DNA from: Nitrospirota bacterium
Lineage (GTDB): Bacteria; Nitrospirota; Nitrospiria; Nitrospirales; Nitrospiraceae
Assembly: GCA_963703955.1 (NCBI GenBank)
Contig: CAVPGK010000021.1
Location: 64,001 to 128,000 of the forward strand
DNA length: 64,000 nt
Reading direction: 5' to 3'
The stretch's first letter is position 1. Each line of letters opens with the position of its first letter. The translations under genes were made by a program, and so were the position numbers. The notes beneath the pieces were generated by a model. That model had not been told where the DNA came from, searched no databases, and saw nothing but the letters and a program-made list of their open reading frames with translations. Shown here one piece after another: positions 24,153-33,658 of this stretch.

Positions 24153-25664
24153 CCTTAATCCGAAAATAAAAAATTCGGGTTTTTGCTGAACCGGATCAAC
24201 AAAAAAGGCCTCCTGTGTGGTAAAGAGAGCGGGCGCGCCAACGCACGACTCTCAACACAGGAGGCCCCGAAAATGCGCTTGAGACTAGCAAGCCTACGCC
24301 GCATTGTCAAAGGTGATCTCCGCGTGGAATTCGTCCGCCAGGAGTTGACCTCGTACAGTGGATTGGAACTGCTGCGCCGGTACTTTGCCTTGCTCGATTT
24401 GCATCGCCGCATCCGACAGGCCTTCAGCGCCTACGGACTCGCCGGCGACTATGGGTGTGGGCGCCTGGTCCTGCTGATCATCGCCCTGCTCGTCGTCGGC
24501 GCGCGCCGGCTGGAGCATCTGCGCTATATCGCCCATGATCCGCTCGTGGGGCGACTGTGTGGCCTCGCACGGATTCCCTCGGATCGTACGGTCGTCAACT
24601 GGCTCAAGCAGTTTACCCAGGAGGCCCTGCAGGCGCTGATCACCCTCAATAGCGCACTGCTCTATGAGCAAATCGAGCGGCTGGGCTTGAGCCGACTGAC
24701 CATTGATGTGGATGGCACGGTCGTGCGGACTGGCGGCGCGGTCGCGTGGGCCTTTCGGGGCTTCAACCCCCATCATCGCAAAGATCCCAGTTACTATCCG
24801 CTGCTGGCGCATCTGGCGCAGACCGGCCAGATCCTGCGCCTGCGCAACCGGCCGGGCAACGTGCATGACAGTCGGGGCGCCGTCACCTTTGTGCGGGACC
24901 TGGTCCGTGAACTGCGCGGCCGGTTCGGGCGTGCCCTCCCGCTGGAATTCCGTATGGACGCGGCCTTCTTCCAGCAGGAGATCCTGGCGCTGCTGGTCCG
25001 GGAGGGCTGCGAGTACGCCATCAAGGTCGGCTTCTGGACCTGGCTGGACCTCAAGGCACGGGTCGCCGCTCAGACCCGCTGGGACCGTGTCGACGACCAA
25101 GTGAGTTGCTGTGAGGCCAAGGTCCCCGTTGAGCCCTGGGGCCTGACATTGCGGGTCGTCCTCTATCGCAAGCAGGTCCGCCACGAGACCCGCAAGAATT
25201 TCCAACTCGATCTCTTCTCCCCCGATGACGGACACTTCGAGTACTCGGCGGTGACGACCAACAAGGCGCTCAGCGGCCCGTCGCTCTGGGCCTTCATGGC
25301 CGGCCGCGGGGCCCAGGAGAAGACGTTGGCGGAACTCAAGGGCGAATTCGCGCTGGACGTGGTCCCCACGAACCACTACGGCGCCAACAGTGCCTGGCAG
25401 CAGCTCAGCGTGCTGGGCCATAACCTGCTGCGGAGCTTCCAGCTCCACACGCTGGCGACGCTGAAACCCCGAACACGCAAGCGCACCTACGCCTATGTCT
25501 TGCAGAGTATGCGGACCTTGCGTTTCCTGTTCATCAACCGGGCTGGCCGACTGACGCGGATCGCCGACCACCAGGTGCTGCGAATGACCAGCAATCCGGC
25601 TACGGAGGCGCTGTACTCGCAAGTCTCCCATGCCTTGGTGACCTAATTTATTTTCGGATTAAGG
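24153..25664 (+). mobile_element. Complete IS1380-family insertion sequence, 1512 bp
   Basis: Perfect 18-bp TIRs ccttaatccgaaaataaa / tttattttcggattaagg; CTAG target duplication at 24149-24152 and 25665-25668. Confidence 0.93.
24273..25646 (+). CDS. IS1380-family DDE transposase
   Basis: LTSYSGL, TIDVDGT, YYPLLA, LRNRPGNVHD, FRMDAAF and RGAQEKTLAELK; GGAGG RBS. Confidence 0.9.
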   Translation: MRLRLASLRRIVKGDLRVEFVRQELTSYSGLELLRRYFALLDLHRRIRQAFSAYGLAGDYGCGRLVLLIIALLVVGARRLEHLRYIAHDPLVGRLCGLARIPSDRTVVNWLKQFTQEALQALITLNSALLYEQIERLGLSRLTIDVDGTVVRTGGAVAWAFRGFNPHHRKDPSYYPLLAHLAQTGQILRLRNRPGNVHDSRGAVTFVRDLVRELRGRFGRALPLEFRMDAAFFQQEILALLVREGCEYAIKVGFWTWLDLKARVAAQTRWDRVDDQVSCCEAKVPVEPWGLTLRVVLYRKQVRHETRKNFQLDLFSPDDGHFEYSAVTTNKALSGPSLWAFMAGRGAQEKTLAELKGEFALDVVPTNHYGANSAWQQLSVLGHNLLRSFQLHTLATLKPRTRKRTYAYVLQSMRTLRFLFINRAGRLTRIADHQVLRMTSNPATEALYSQVSHALVT

Positions 25665-25999
25665 CTAGATATCGATATCACACGATCTATCAGAAGAAGC
25701 CGCGCATACCGCTTCCCGACGGCTTTAATGTTTTCGGCGATCATTTCACCAGACTGTGATTCATATTAACTAATGCTTCATTGGGTGAACGGAGGCGATT
25801 TGGGAGAGAAAGGGGCAGGCCCACTGCTGTCCAAAATAATCTGGTTCTCCTGAGCGAGTCCGCATGAAATCGGCCAATTGGACGACTTCGTGCCAGGTTG
25901 TGGGGCGGGAAAAAGGTGTCAGGAACCATTTTGAGCATAATCCGACCACAACCTGACGGCCTGCGATGACGACGGCCATCCATCTAAGAGGAAAACAAC

Positions 26000-26644
26000 A
26001 TGAAGATTGGAATCCTTGGATCAGGTACAGTGGGGCAAGTGCTGGCTAATGGCTTTATAAAGCACGGCTATGAAGTCATGCTGGGCACGCGCAGCCCGGA
26101 AAAGTTGTCCGAGTGGAAACAAAAAGCAGGCAAGAATGCGCGGACCGGGAGCTTTGCCGAGACAGCGGCCTTCGGCGAGATGATCGTGCTTGCGGTGAAG
26201 GGCACAGCGGCTAAAGACTCGCTGGACCTGGCCGGCGTAGAGAAGCTCAAGGGCAAGACCATTATTGACGCTACCAATCCGATTGCCGATCGGCCGCCTG
26301 AAAACGGCGTTCTTAGGTTTTTCACCTCGCTGGACAATTCTCTCATGGAACGATTGCAGGCCGCATTTCCTGATTCACACTTCGTCAAGGCCTTCAACAG
26401 TGTGGGAAATGCGTTGATGGTCAATCCAAATTTCGGAGGCGTCAAACCCACCATGTTCATTTGCGGCCGCAATGCCCGTGCCAAAGAAGAGGTGGGCAAG
26501 ATCGTCCGCCAGTTCGGATTTGAGGTTGAAGATATGGGCGGAGTCGAAGCAGCCCGAGCCATCGAGCCGCTCTGTATGCTGTGGTGCATCCCGGGTCTTC
26601 TCCGCAATGAGTGGACGCATGCCTTTAAGCTCCTCAAACAATAG
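26000..26644 (+). CDS. NADPH-dependent F420 reductase-like dinucleotide-binding oxidoreductase
   Basis: MKIGILGSGTVG Rossmann motif, IDATNP, VKAFNS, ARAIEPL. Confidence 0.85.
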   Translation: MKIGILGSGTVGQVLANGFIKHGYEVMLGTRSPEKLSEWKQKAGKNARTGSFAETAAFGEMIVLAVKGTAAKDSLDLAGVEKLKGKTIIDATNPIADRPPENGVLRFFTSLDNSLMERLQAAFPDSHFVKAFNSVGNALMVNPNFGGVKPTMFICGRNARAKEEVGKIVRQFGFEVEDMGGVEAARAIEPLCMLWCIPGLLRNEWTHAFKLLKQ

Positions 26645-26780
26645 GGGCATAAGCTCGGGAATGGGAAATAGCCTGCCGATGGCGACGGCCGAACCTACAA
26701 CCAGGCAGCGAAACCCGTGAAGCGGAAGTATGCTGACCCTCGGTATCGCATGACTTCCACTCCAGCCTTTTGCCTTTGTC

Positions 26781-29141
26781 TCAGGGGTAGCCTGAAGTGG
26801 CGGAGTGAATCGGCAACGTGAAGAAGAACCGGCTGCCTTCGCCAGGGACGCTTTCGACCCAGATGCGGCCTCCGTGTAGTTCCACCAGGCTCTTGGTGAT
26901 GGCCAGACCCAAGCCGGCTCCACGTGACTCGGACGTCGTTGAATCCCCGCGATAAAACCGTTCGAAGATCTTTTCCAACTCGTGCGGCTGGATGCCGCAC
27001 CCCGTATCCGCCACGCAGACCTGAACGAACTTGTCGCCGTCCATCCGCGATCGTACCGTGATCTCTCCGCCGGATGGGGTAAATTTCATTGCGTTCTGAA
27101 TCAAGTTGGTGAGAATCTGATGCAGCTTATCCCGATCGCCTTGGATCACGGGAAGCCCTTCGGCGAGTTCACACCGGAGAGACAACGCTCTTTCGTTCGC
27201 CATCGAGTGAAAGCCCTCCGCCACGTCCGCCACCAGTTCAGCCATCGATACCGCTCCGACCTTTACTTTGACCACGCCGGCCTCAATTCTTGAGAGATCA
27301 AGCAGGTCGTTGATCATGCGCGTAAGCCGCTCGATGTTGTATTTGACGCGACCCAGATAATGGGACTGCTTGTCGTTCAGACCACCGACGACCCCATCCA
27401 ACAGATTGTCCACGTATCCCTTGATCGAGGTCATCGGCGTACGCAGCTCGTGGGAGACCATCGAGACGAACGCCGACTTCATGCTATCCATTTCTCTGAG
27501 GCGGGCATTGGCGCCTTCCAATGCGCGATTCACCATCTCCAATGCCGCAGTCCGATCTCGTACTTTCGCTTCAAGCCCGGCATTGAGGGTTTCGATCTGG
27601 TGGTACGCGTCAGCATTGTCCAAGGCAATAGCCACTTGCCCGGCCACGGTAACCATCAGGTCCAGATCTTCCTGCGTGAGACTCTCTTCCTTGGTCCGAT
27701 CCACCGTCAGAGACCCGATCACTCGATCTTTTACTTTCAACGGAACCGAGATGACCGCCGTCGCCTGAGTGGCGAGCGCCAACTGGCGGTTCAGCGGATG
27801 CAAGCGGTCCCATACCGCGCGGAGATTTCCTACGAGAACCGGCTTGCCTTGGAGCATGACGGTTCCTTCCAGGCTGTCCGGATCAGCGAGAGGGATATCA
27901 TGGCCCTGTCTGAGGGCCGCAATCTCGTCCGGGACCCCGAAGATCCTGGCGTCTCGCTCAACCCGACGGTCGGCGTCATAGAAAGCGATCATGGCCCGAT
28001 CATAATGCAGGTCCGTGAGGATGGCCTGCATGACGGCCTTGATGAGACTCTCGCGATCGATGGTCGAACTGAAAATCAGTCCGGCATCGTGGAGCGTGGT
28101 CAGTTGACTGATCTTGCGTCTGAGCTCCACCGTTGTGCGCTGCTGTTCCACATAGGCGTCGCGCAGCTCTTCGTGTCGAGTTTCGACGAAACGCAGTTGC
28201 TCCTGAATAATCTGCTCTCGAGCATCAACATCGGCGCGCCAGGCTCTGAACCCAGCGGTCATCCATGCAACCACCGCCGGGAACAGCGCAAGAATCAGCG
28301 CCTCCACAAACCTCATCTCCGGATAACGGATGCGCAGGATAGTCAACACCGCTCCACCAGCCAACAGTCCCACCGCCGGTTTGAGCCAACGGCCCCGGGG
28401 CTGCGGTGTCCAGGCAACGCTCCATTCACAATACTCATCGCCGTTGGCCATGCAACTGAGATCCGTGATGGTGGCTGCCGGGAGCGCATGGACCCGCTCC
28501 GGAACCGCCGCCAGCCCGCCTTTTGAGGATTGGCACACCAGTTCGGCGCACCCGTAGCGATAGCGGCCGAATTGCCGATACACATCGTCCGTGCATTTCA
28601 TCCGCAGCACTGCCGTGCGATCCGTTACCGTGCCGACTTCGAACAAGAGCGAGCCCTTCGCGAACTTGTCGCCGAAATGGGGGAACATGGAGTAGATCTG
28701 GGACAGGGAGAAGGGACGCCCCAAAGTCTGGATGATGGGAGAAATGAGCTTTTCCTTCCCGACCTTGTAGGGAAACTGCGGATCGTTGGCAATGACTTTA
28801 CAAAACTCTCCCAGGAAGCAGAGAAACTCATACGAATAACTGTTCCAAACATTCTTAAGGAAGGCGGGCGTGACGTGGTAGGTCGGGTCGTGGATGCGCT
28901 CGTTGAGCAGGCGGGCTAATTCGTCGAGCGCGCGGGCACCGGCGTCCGGTCCTTTCTTAGACGCCACGACATCCTCAAGGTAGTCCACATAGGCGCGAAT
29001 CTTTATCCCGCTGGCATCCCGGATCATCTTCCCGGATGCATCCATCCCGAAAGGACGATGATCCATGTGGGGTTTTTCAAGAATCCGGTGGTCTTTGGAC
29101 AGCAGGTCAGTCACAGTCTCAGCTCCACGAGTTTCGTCCAT
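26781..29141 (-). CDS. Sensor histidine kinase: V4R/H-NOX-like domain, 2 TM, GAF, HisKA, HATPase (copy 1)
   Basis: [10 protein letters not shown]...[30 protein letters not shown]; close paralog at 60275-62599; start uncertain (29114-29156). Confidence 0.85.
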   Translation of the reverse strand: MDETRGAETVTDLLSKDHRILEKPHMDHRPFGMDASGKMIRDASGIKIRAYVDYLEDVVASKKGPDAGARALDELARLLNERIHDPTYHVTPAFLKNVWNSYSYEFLCFLGEFCKVIANDPQFPYKVGKEKLISPIIQTLGRPFSLSQIYSMFPHFGDKFAKGSLLFEVGTVTDRTAVLRMKCTDDVYRQFGRYRYGCAELVCQSSKGGLAAVPERVHALPAATITDLSCMANGDEYCEWSVAWTPQPRGRWLKPAVGLLAGGAVLTILRIRYPEMRFVEALILALFPAVVAWMTAGFRAWRADVDAREQIIQEQLRFVETRHEELRDAYVEQQRTTVELRRKISQLTTLHDAGLIFSSTIDRESLIKAVMQAILTDLHYDRAMIAFYDADRRVERDARIFGVPDEIAALRQGHDIPLADPDSLEGTVMLQGKPVLVGNLRAVWDRLHPLNRQLALATQATAVISVPLKVKDRVIGSLTVDRTKEESLTQEDLDLMVTVAGQVAIALDNADAYHQIETLNAGLEAKVRDRTAALEMVNRALEGANARLREMDSMKSAFVSMVSHELRTPMTSIKGYVDNLLDGVVGGLNDKQSHYLGRVKYNIERLTRMINDLLDLSRIEAGVVKVKVGAVSMAELVADVAEGFHSMANERALSLRCELAEGLPVIQGDRDKLHQILTNLIQNAMKFTPSGGEITVRSRMDGDKFVQVCVADTGCGIQPHELEKIFERFYRGDSTTSESRGAGLGLAITKSLVELHGGRIWVESVPGEGSRFFFTLPIHSATSGYP

Positions 29142-29300
29142 TCGCCGGACACCCAATCATCCTGGCAGGCTTCCGTGTCATAGCATAACGTGGACCGCGT
29201 TGGTATCAATCGATGGAACTACGTATTCAGAGAGAAGCCGATGAACGACTGCTGAAATTCGGTAGAACCCTATGATCCGAATGGGACGATAATCAGATGA

Positions 29301-29828
29301 TCAATGGTGCAGGTGCTTGAGCGCGGCTGCACAGAGGATGATGAAGAGCCCCATCCAGAGCGCCACGCGTTGGAACGGAACGGGCTCCTGCACCTGTTCC
29401 TCTTGTTCCTCGGCCGTTTCGTCGCCGGTCGGCTCGTTCTTAAAGATAATGGTGTAGAGGAAGATCGTCACTACTCCGAGGACAAGGCAGAGCTTGATAA
29501 AGAGAATGATCAAGTACTTGTTGTTCTGCGTGATGCCCGTTCCCGTCTGCGAGATCATCATCTGGCTGACATAATGGAGATTGATGCCGCCGGTGAAAAG
29601 GATGACGAACATCAGGATGCCGATCACCCGGCGGTAGCGACGGTAAAAGACGTCGCTGATCCGTTTGACATATTCTTTGGGGACTGCAGTCTGAAGGCCC
29701 GGCGTGACGGCCATGACGAGGAAGGCGAGGCCGCCGATCCAGATCACGGCGGACATGAGATGGAACCAATGATTGATGATCGGAATAATCTGATTGATGT
29801 CGGTGAGGACGCTCTGCAGGTCAGTCAC
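29301..29828 (-). CDS. CopD-like four-TM membrane protein
   Basis: HWFHLMSAVIWIGGLAF, LFTGGIN, IKLCLV; C-terminal KHLHH. Confidence 0.65.
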   Translation of the reverse strand: MTDLQSVLTDINQIIPIINHWFHLMSAVIWIGGLAFLVMAVTPGLQTAVPKEYVKRISDVFYRRYRRVIGILMFVILFTGGINLHYVSQMMISQTGTGITQNNKYLIILFIKLCLVLGVVTIFLYTIIFKNEPTGDETAEEQEEQVQEPVPFQRVALWMGLFIILCAAALKHLHH

Positions 29829-29920
29829 GTGGGTCCGTTATTTCCGGTGGGTCCGTTCAGTTATCACCCGCCAATTCTGGAGCGGCCGGAACGGACTCAA
29901 CGGAACTCACGTTTCAAGGT

Positions 29921-31332
29921 TCAGAATTTGAAGACCGGCGTGTCGTTGCCGAATCGCTTTTTTCGCAACTCCTCCATCAATTCCACGGTGATGATGGGGA
30001 GTCCCTGCTCGCGGGCATGTCGCTCGACCCCTTTCTTTACCATGGCCCGAAGAAAGTACGGGATTCGACTCAGCCGAATCTGAGCCGCCTCATCCCACAC
30101 CACATCGCCGGCCTCCGGCGTATTGAAGGCAACGCGAATCTTCTCACTTCCCTTCGGGGTGTAGAGGCACCACTGATCCTCATCCAGCCAATCGCCATGA
30201 TCGACATAGGGACGCGCGCGGCAGCCGCCGCAGATCTCGCTGTACTCGCAATCGCCGCATTTGCCCTTCAAGTGTGGGTATCGTGAAGGAATCGAAAATA
30301 TCCGACCGCTCCCAGAGATCCGCAAAACTCTTCTCCCGGATGTTGCCGGCCGAGAGCGGCATATATGGACACGGGGTCAACTCCCCATTCGGCGTCACGC
30401 GGGCATAGTTGGTGCCTGCCAGACACCCGCCCCCCATGTATCCCTGCGCTTTGGTGATCGGCGAATTGGGATCTTTCTCGTACGCCAGCCGCTTGAAGTG
30501 CGGCGCGCATCGGGCTCGCACCAGCATGTCCTTGTATCTGTCCTGGCAGTCCACCAAATACCCCAGCACCTCTTCATATTGGGTCGGGCGTGATGTCGGT
30601 CAGTTCTTCTCCCCGCCCGGTGCAGACCATAAAGAAAACGTTCAGCACCTTGGCGCCGAGGTCGTGGGCCCACTCGATGACGTCGGGCAATTCCCGATAG
30701 TTCATCGGCTGGGCGCTGAAGTGAACCTGAAACTGAAGGCCGTTGCGCTTACATGCCTCAATCCCAGCGACCGCGCCTTCCCACGCGCCGGGAAGCCCCC
30801 GGAAGGCGTCGTGCTTGGCGGCATCGAGGGAATCGATGCTGATTCCGACGCCCATGACGCCGATCTCCACAAGCTCCTTGGCCATCCGATCGTTGATCAA
30901 CATGCCGTTGGTCCCGAAGACCACCATGAATCCGTGCTTCACCGCATGGCGCGCGATGTCGAGAATATCGGGACGCGTCAGCGGCTCGCCGCCGGTGATG
31001 ACCAGCAGACACCCCTTGTTCACCTCGGCAATCTGATCAATCAGACGGTAGCATTCGTCCGTCGCCAGCTCGTCGGATCCACCGCCGGCCTTGGTGGTGG
31101 CATCCAGATAACAATGGGCGCACTTGAGGTTGCAGCGTTTGGTGAGGTTCAGCGCAATCAGGAAGGGCTTGAAGTCATCGACGGTCCGACCGTCGTTTGG
31201 ACGGTGAGTGCCCTCATCGGAGGCCGCGGTGGCGGAAAGCCCCGGGGTCACGAATCGTTTGATCTGTTGCTCTAGCGAGTCGAGAGCTCCCGCACTGTGT
31301 GAGAAGTTGAGGATCGGAAGGGACTTACCCAT
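29921..31332 (-). CDS. Radical SAM/SPASM protein (AhbC/AhbD/NirJ-like) with a C-terminal PCP_red domain; two frameshifts (about 30585 and 30285)
   Basis: CNLKCAHC, ITGGEPL, GCLAG...PCPY, CGDCEYSEICGGCRAR; C-terminal WDEAAQIRLSRIPYFLRAMVKKGVERHAREQGLPIITVE. Confidence 0.85.
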
Positions 31333-31364
31333 GTATCAATAATTTCACATTCTGAATGTACATC

Positions 31365-33481
31365 TTAGATTGAGGACTTGCTCTTAGAGGCGCCCGCTCC
31401 TGTCAGGTTCGTAATCATGTCCTTGAGGTTGCCGGTCTTCATCGCCTCTTCCATATACCCTTTGGCTTGCTCGATCCCTTCGTTGGCAACGTCGAGGGTA
31501 ATGGTCGTCGTCCCGATCTTGTCGGCGTGTTTCTGGATCAGCGCGCGTGTGCAGTCGCGCATGAATCCGGCGGGGGCCCGTTCCAGGCGCAGCTGGGCTT
31601 CGGGCGTCCAAGTATAAGGCGACGAAGGCGCGGTGCGCTCCTCGGAGCCATTCGTGGCCTCGCTCCCAAGCTCCTGCTTGCTCCCGTTGCCGTCCTTCAC
31701 CATCGTTTCGGCCGATGGATTGGTCCCGCTGCCCTTGTTGGCAAAGATCGGGGTGTATTCCTCCGACGCCGCCTCTTTGATCATGGGCGCCGCGTATTCC
31801 AAGGTAATCGTCGTCATGCCCAGCTTCCGTGCGCTCTTCTCGATCTTTGCTTTGGCGCGCCGGCGTTGGAATCCGGCCGGAACGGCCCGGATCGCTTCCT
31901 TCGCATCCTTGGTCCATGCATGGGGACATCGTCGTAGGCGATGTCCGTTTCCAGCGTGCCTTCCGCCTGCGCGGCCGCCTCGAAGATACTCTTATCAACC
32001 AGTTTGAAGCGATCCCCCTCGGCCCCGCACACGGGGCACGTGACCGGGGCATCGCCCTTGCCGATGTAGCCGCAGCCATCGCAGACGAAATAGTTCTGGC
32101 TCATCCGATCGAGATACGCCTGCGTGTCTTCGTTGACCTTGGGCTTTTCTTCGACGATTCCGCTCATCATGCCGCTGAGCGTCGAGCCCATCAAATCTTG
32201 GCGACGGTGTCATCGGCCTGCATCTTGTTTCGATCAATGCCGGCCGCATCCAGGCTGCCGCCCAACGCCCTCATCGCATCCATCGCGCCCTTCGGGAGGA
32301 TATGCCCGACCGCCGCGTCGACCACTGTATTGCTGATGATGGTGTGACCCTTTTCAATGGCATAGCGGTGGATCGCGGTCTTGGCCACGCCGCGGGCGAA
32401 GATCGGGATCTTCTCCATCCGGTGCAGCGCTTCCTCGGTCCACGCGATGGTGTACTCGGCCTGGGTATCGATAGGCGGCACATACTTCCGATTGGAGATC
32501 AGGACGTGACAGGGAGCGGATCGCAGGAGGTTTTCGGTGTTGCTGCCGATGTCCATCTCGTCGTCGCTGTGCACCCCGATGCGGCCGACATCAGCAGCCA
32601 CGGTGTTTCCTTCGCGGCGCACGTATTGCAACGACCTTTTCGAAGGCCTTGCCGTCCAGGAGCGTGGTCTTGATGTCGGTGTCCTCCGGCTTGGGCCAGC
32701 TTCCGGGAGATGTCCAGGTGCGACTGGTAGATCTTGGCCAACCCGCTGTCGATGATTTCCTCGTGCAGCTTTTCCTGTTCCTTGAACCGGAAGACCTTGC
32801 CGGCTTCTTCATTGAGCACGCCGGAAATGCTGTGGAAGGCGGCGTAGTGAAAGTAAGGGTCGAAGGCGGAGATCGCCTCCACCGGCTTGTTCAGGGCCTT
32901 CCCGAGAGCCAGGCGCGGTCATAAGCCCACCGAACGAATATGGGCTGCCGTCCACCGCGACGACGATCTTGCCGCCGTCCATCGGCTGGGTGTGTTTGAC
33001 GATCAGCATGTCCGACGTCCGGACCCGCCGGACAACCCGTTCCGTCTTGCTGCCGATCACACTGTCCTTCACCGCCCCGACGCCCAAGGCGCCCATAATC
33101 ACCAGTTCATAGGCGTTGGTATTGATATCCTCAGCCAGGACCTTCCAAGTTTCGCCCCTCCAGCGACTTGCGCTCGAGGGGGAGGTTCGCCTCCGAACAT
33201 TTCTTATCGACATAATCCAGGTAGGAATCGGTGATGATTTGAAGCCCGCGAGTGATCAGCGAATCGTGGATCTGCCGCTGCCGATCCAGCTCCTTTTCGT
33301 CGTGGTACTCTTCCGGCAGACCGGCCTCCATCTGCTTGAACCGCTTGTCATGCATCTTGGCCGCGTAGACGTGGCTGCCGACGATCTTGGCGCCAAACGT
33401 CTTGGCAAGGCTTACCCCGAGGTCAACGGCCATGTTGGAATGGTCGGAGTTATCGACCGGGATGTAGATCGTCTTGTACAT
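31365..33481 (-). CDS. Multidomain protein USP-USP-PCP_red-rubredoxin-like-PCP_red-PCP_red, about 700 aa, broken by about 8 indels
   Basis: Stitched from six ORF-track fragments; two USP G-x2-G-x9-GS motifs; CDGCGY...CPVCG; three W-T-x-(E/D)-A...(I/V/A)-P...G-x-T-(T/I)-I units. Confidence 0.8.
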
Positions 33482-33658
33482 CAGACCCCTCCTTCAGCAC
33501 GCCACGAGCCTCGATCCGGGAGAACAAAGAATCCTAACGATCTCAATGAGTCCGGTGTTTGGAAAGGTGGGGATCATAGCATCGGCCAACTTGCAAATGC
33601 AAGCATTTCCGGATGCTGAAAAAGGGAGGATGGCTCGGCAGAAAGCCACGGCCGGATA

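Larger units (their letters stand above)
22609..25759 (+). pseudogene. Hypothetical 544-aa protein with a PD-(D/E)XK-like nuclease motif, interrupted near its 3' end by the IS
   Basis: KFELYV...RTGEFRV...IYVECKQK; removing the IS and one CTAG restores the frame (...IAIT RYRYHTIYQKKPRIPLPDGFNVFGDHFTRL stop at 25759); more AT-rich than its flanks. Confidence 0.7.

Noticed and set aside
24294..25631. 445-aa antisense ORF inside the IS
   Set aside because: Mirror frame of the transposase
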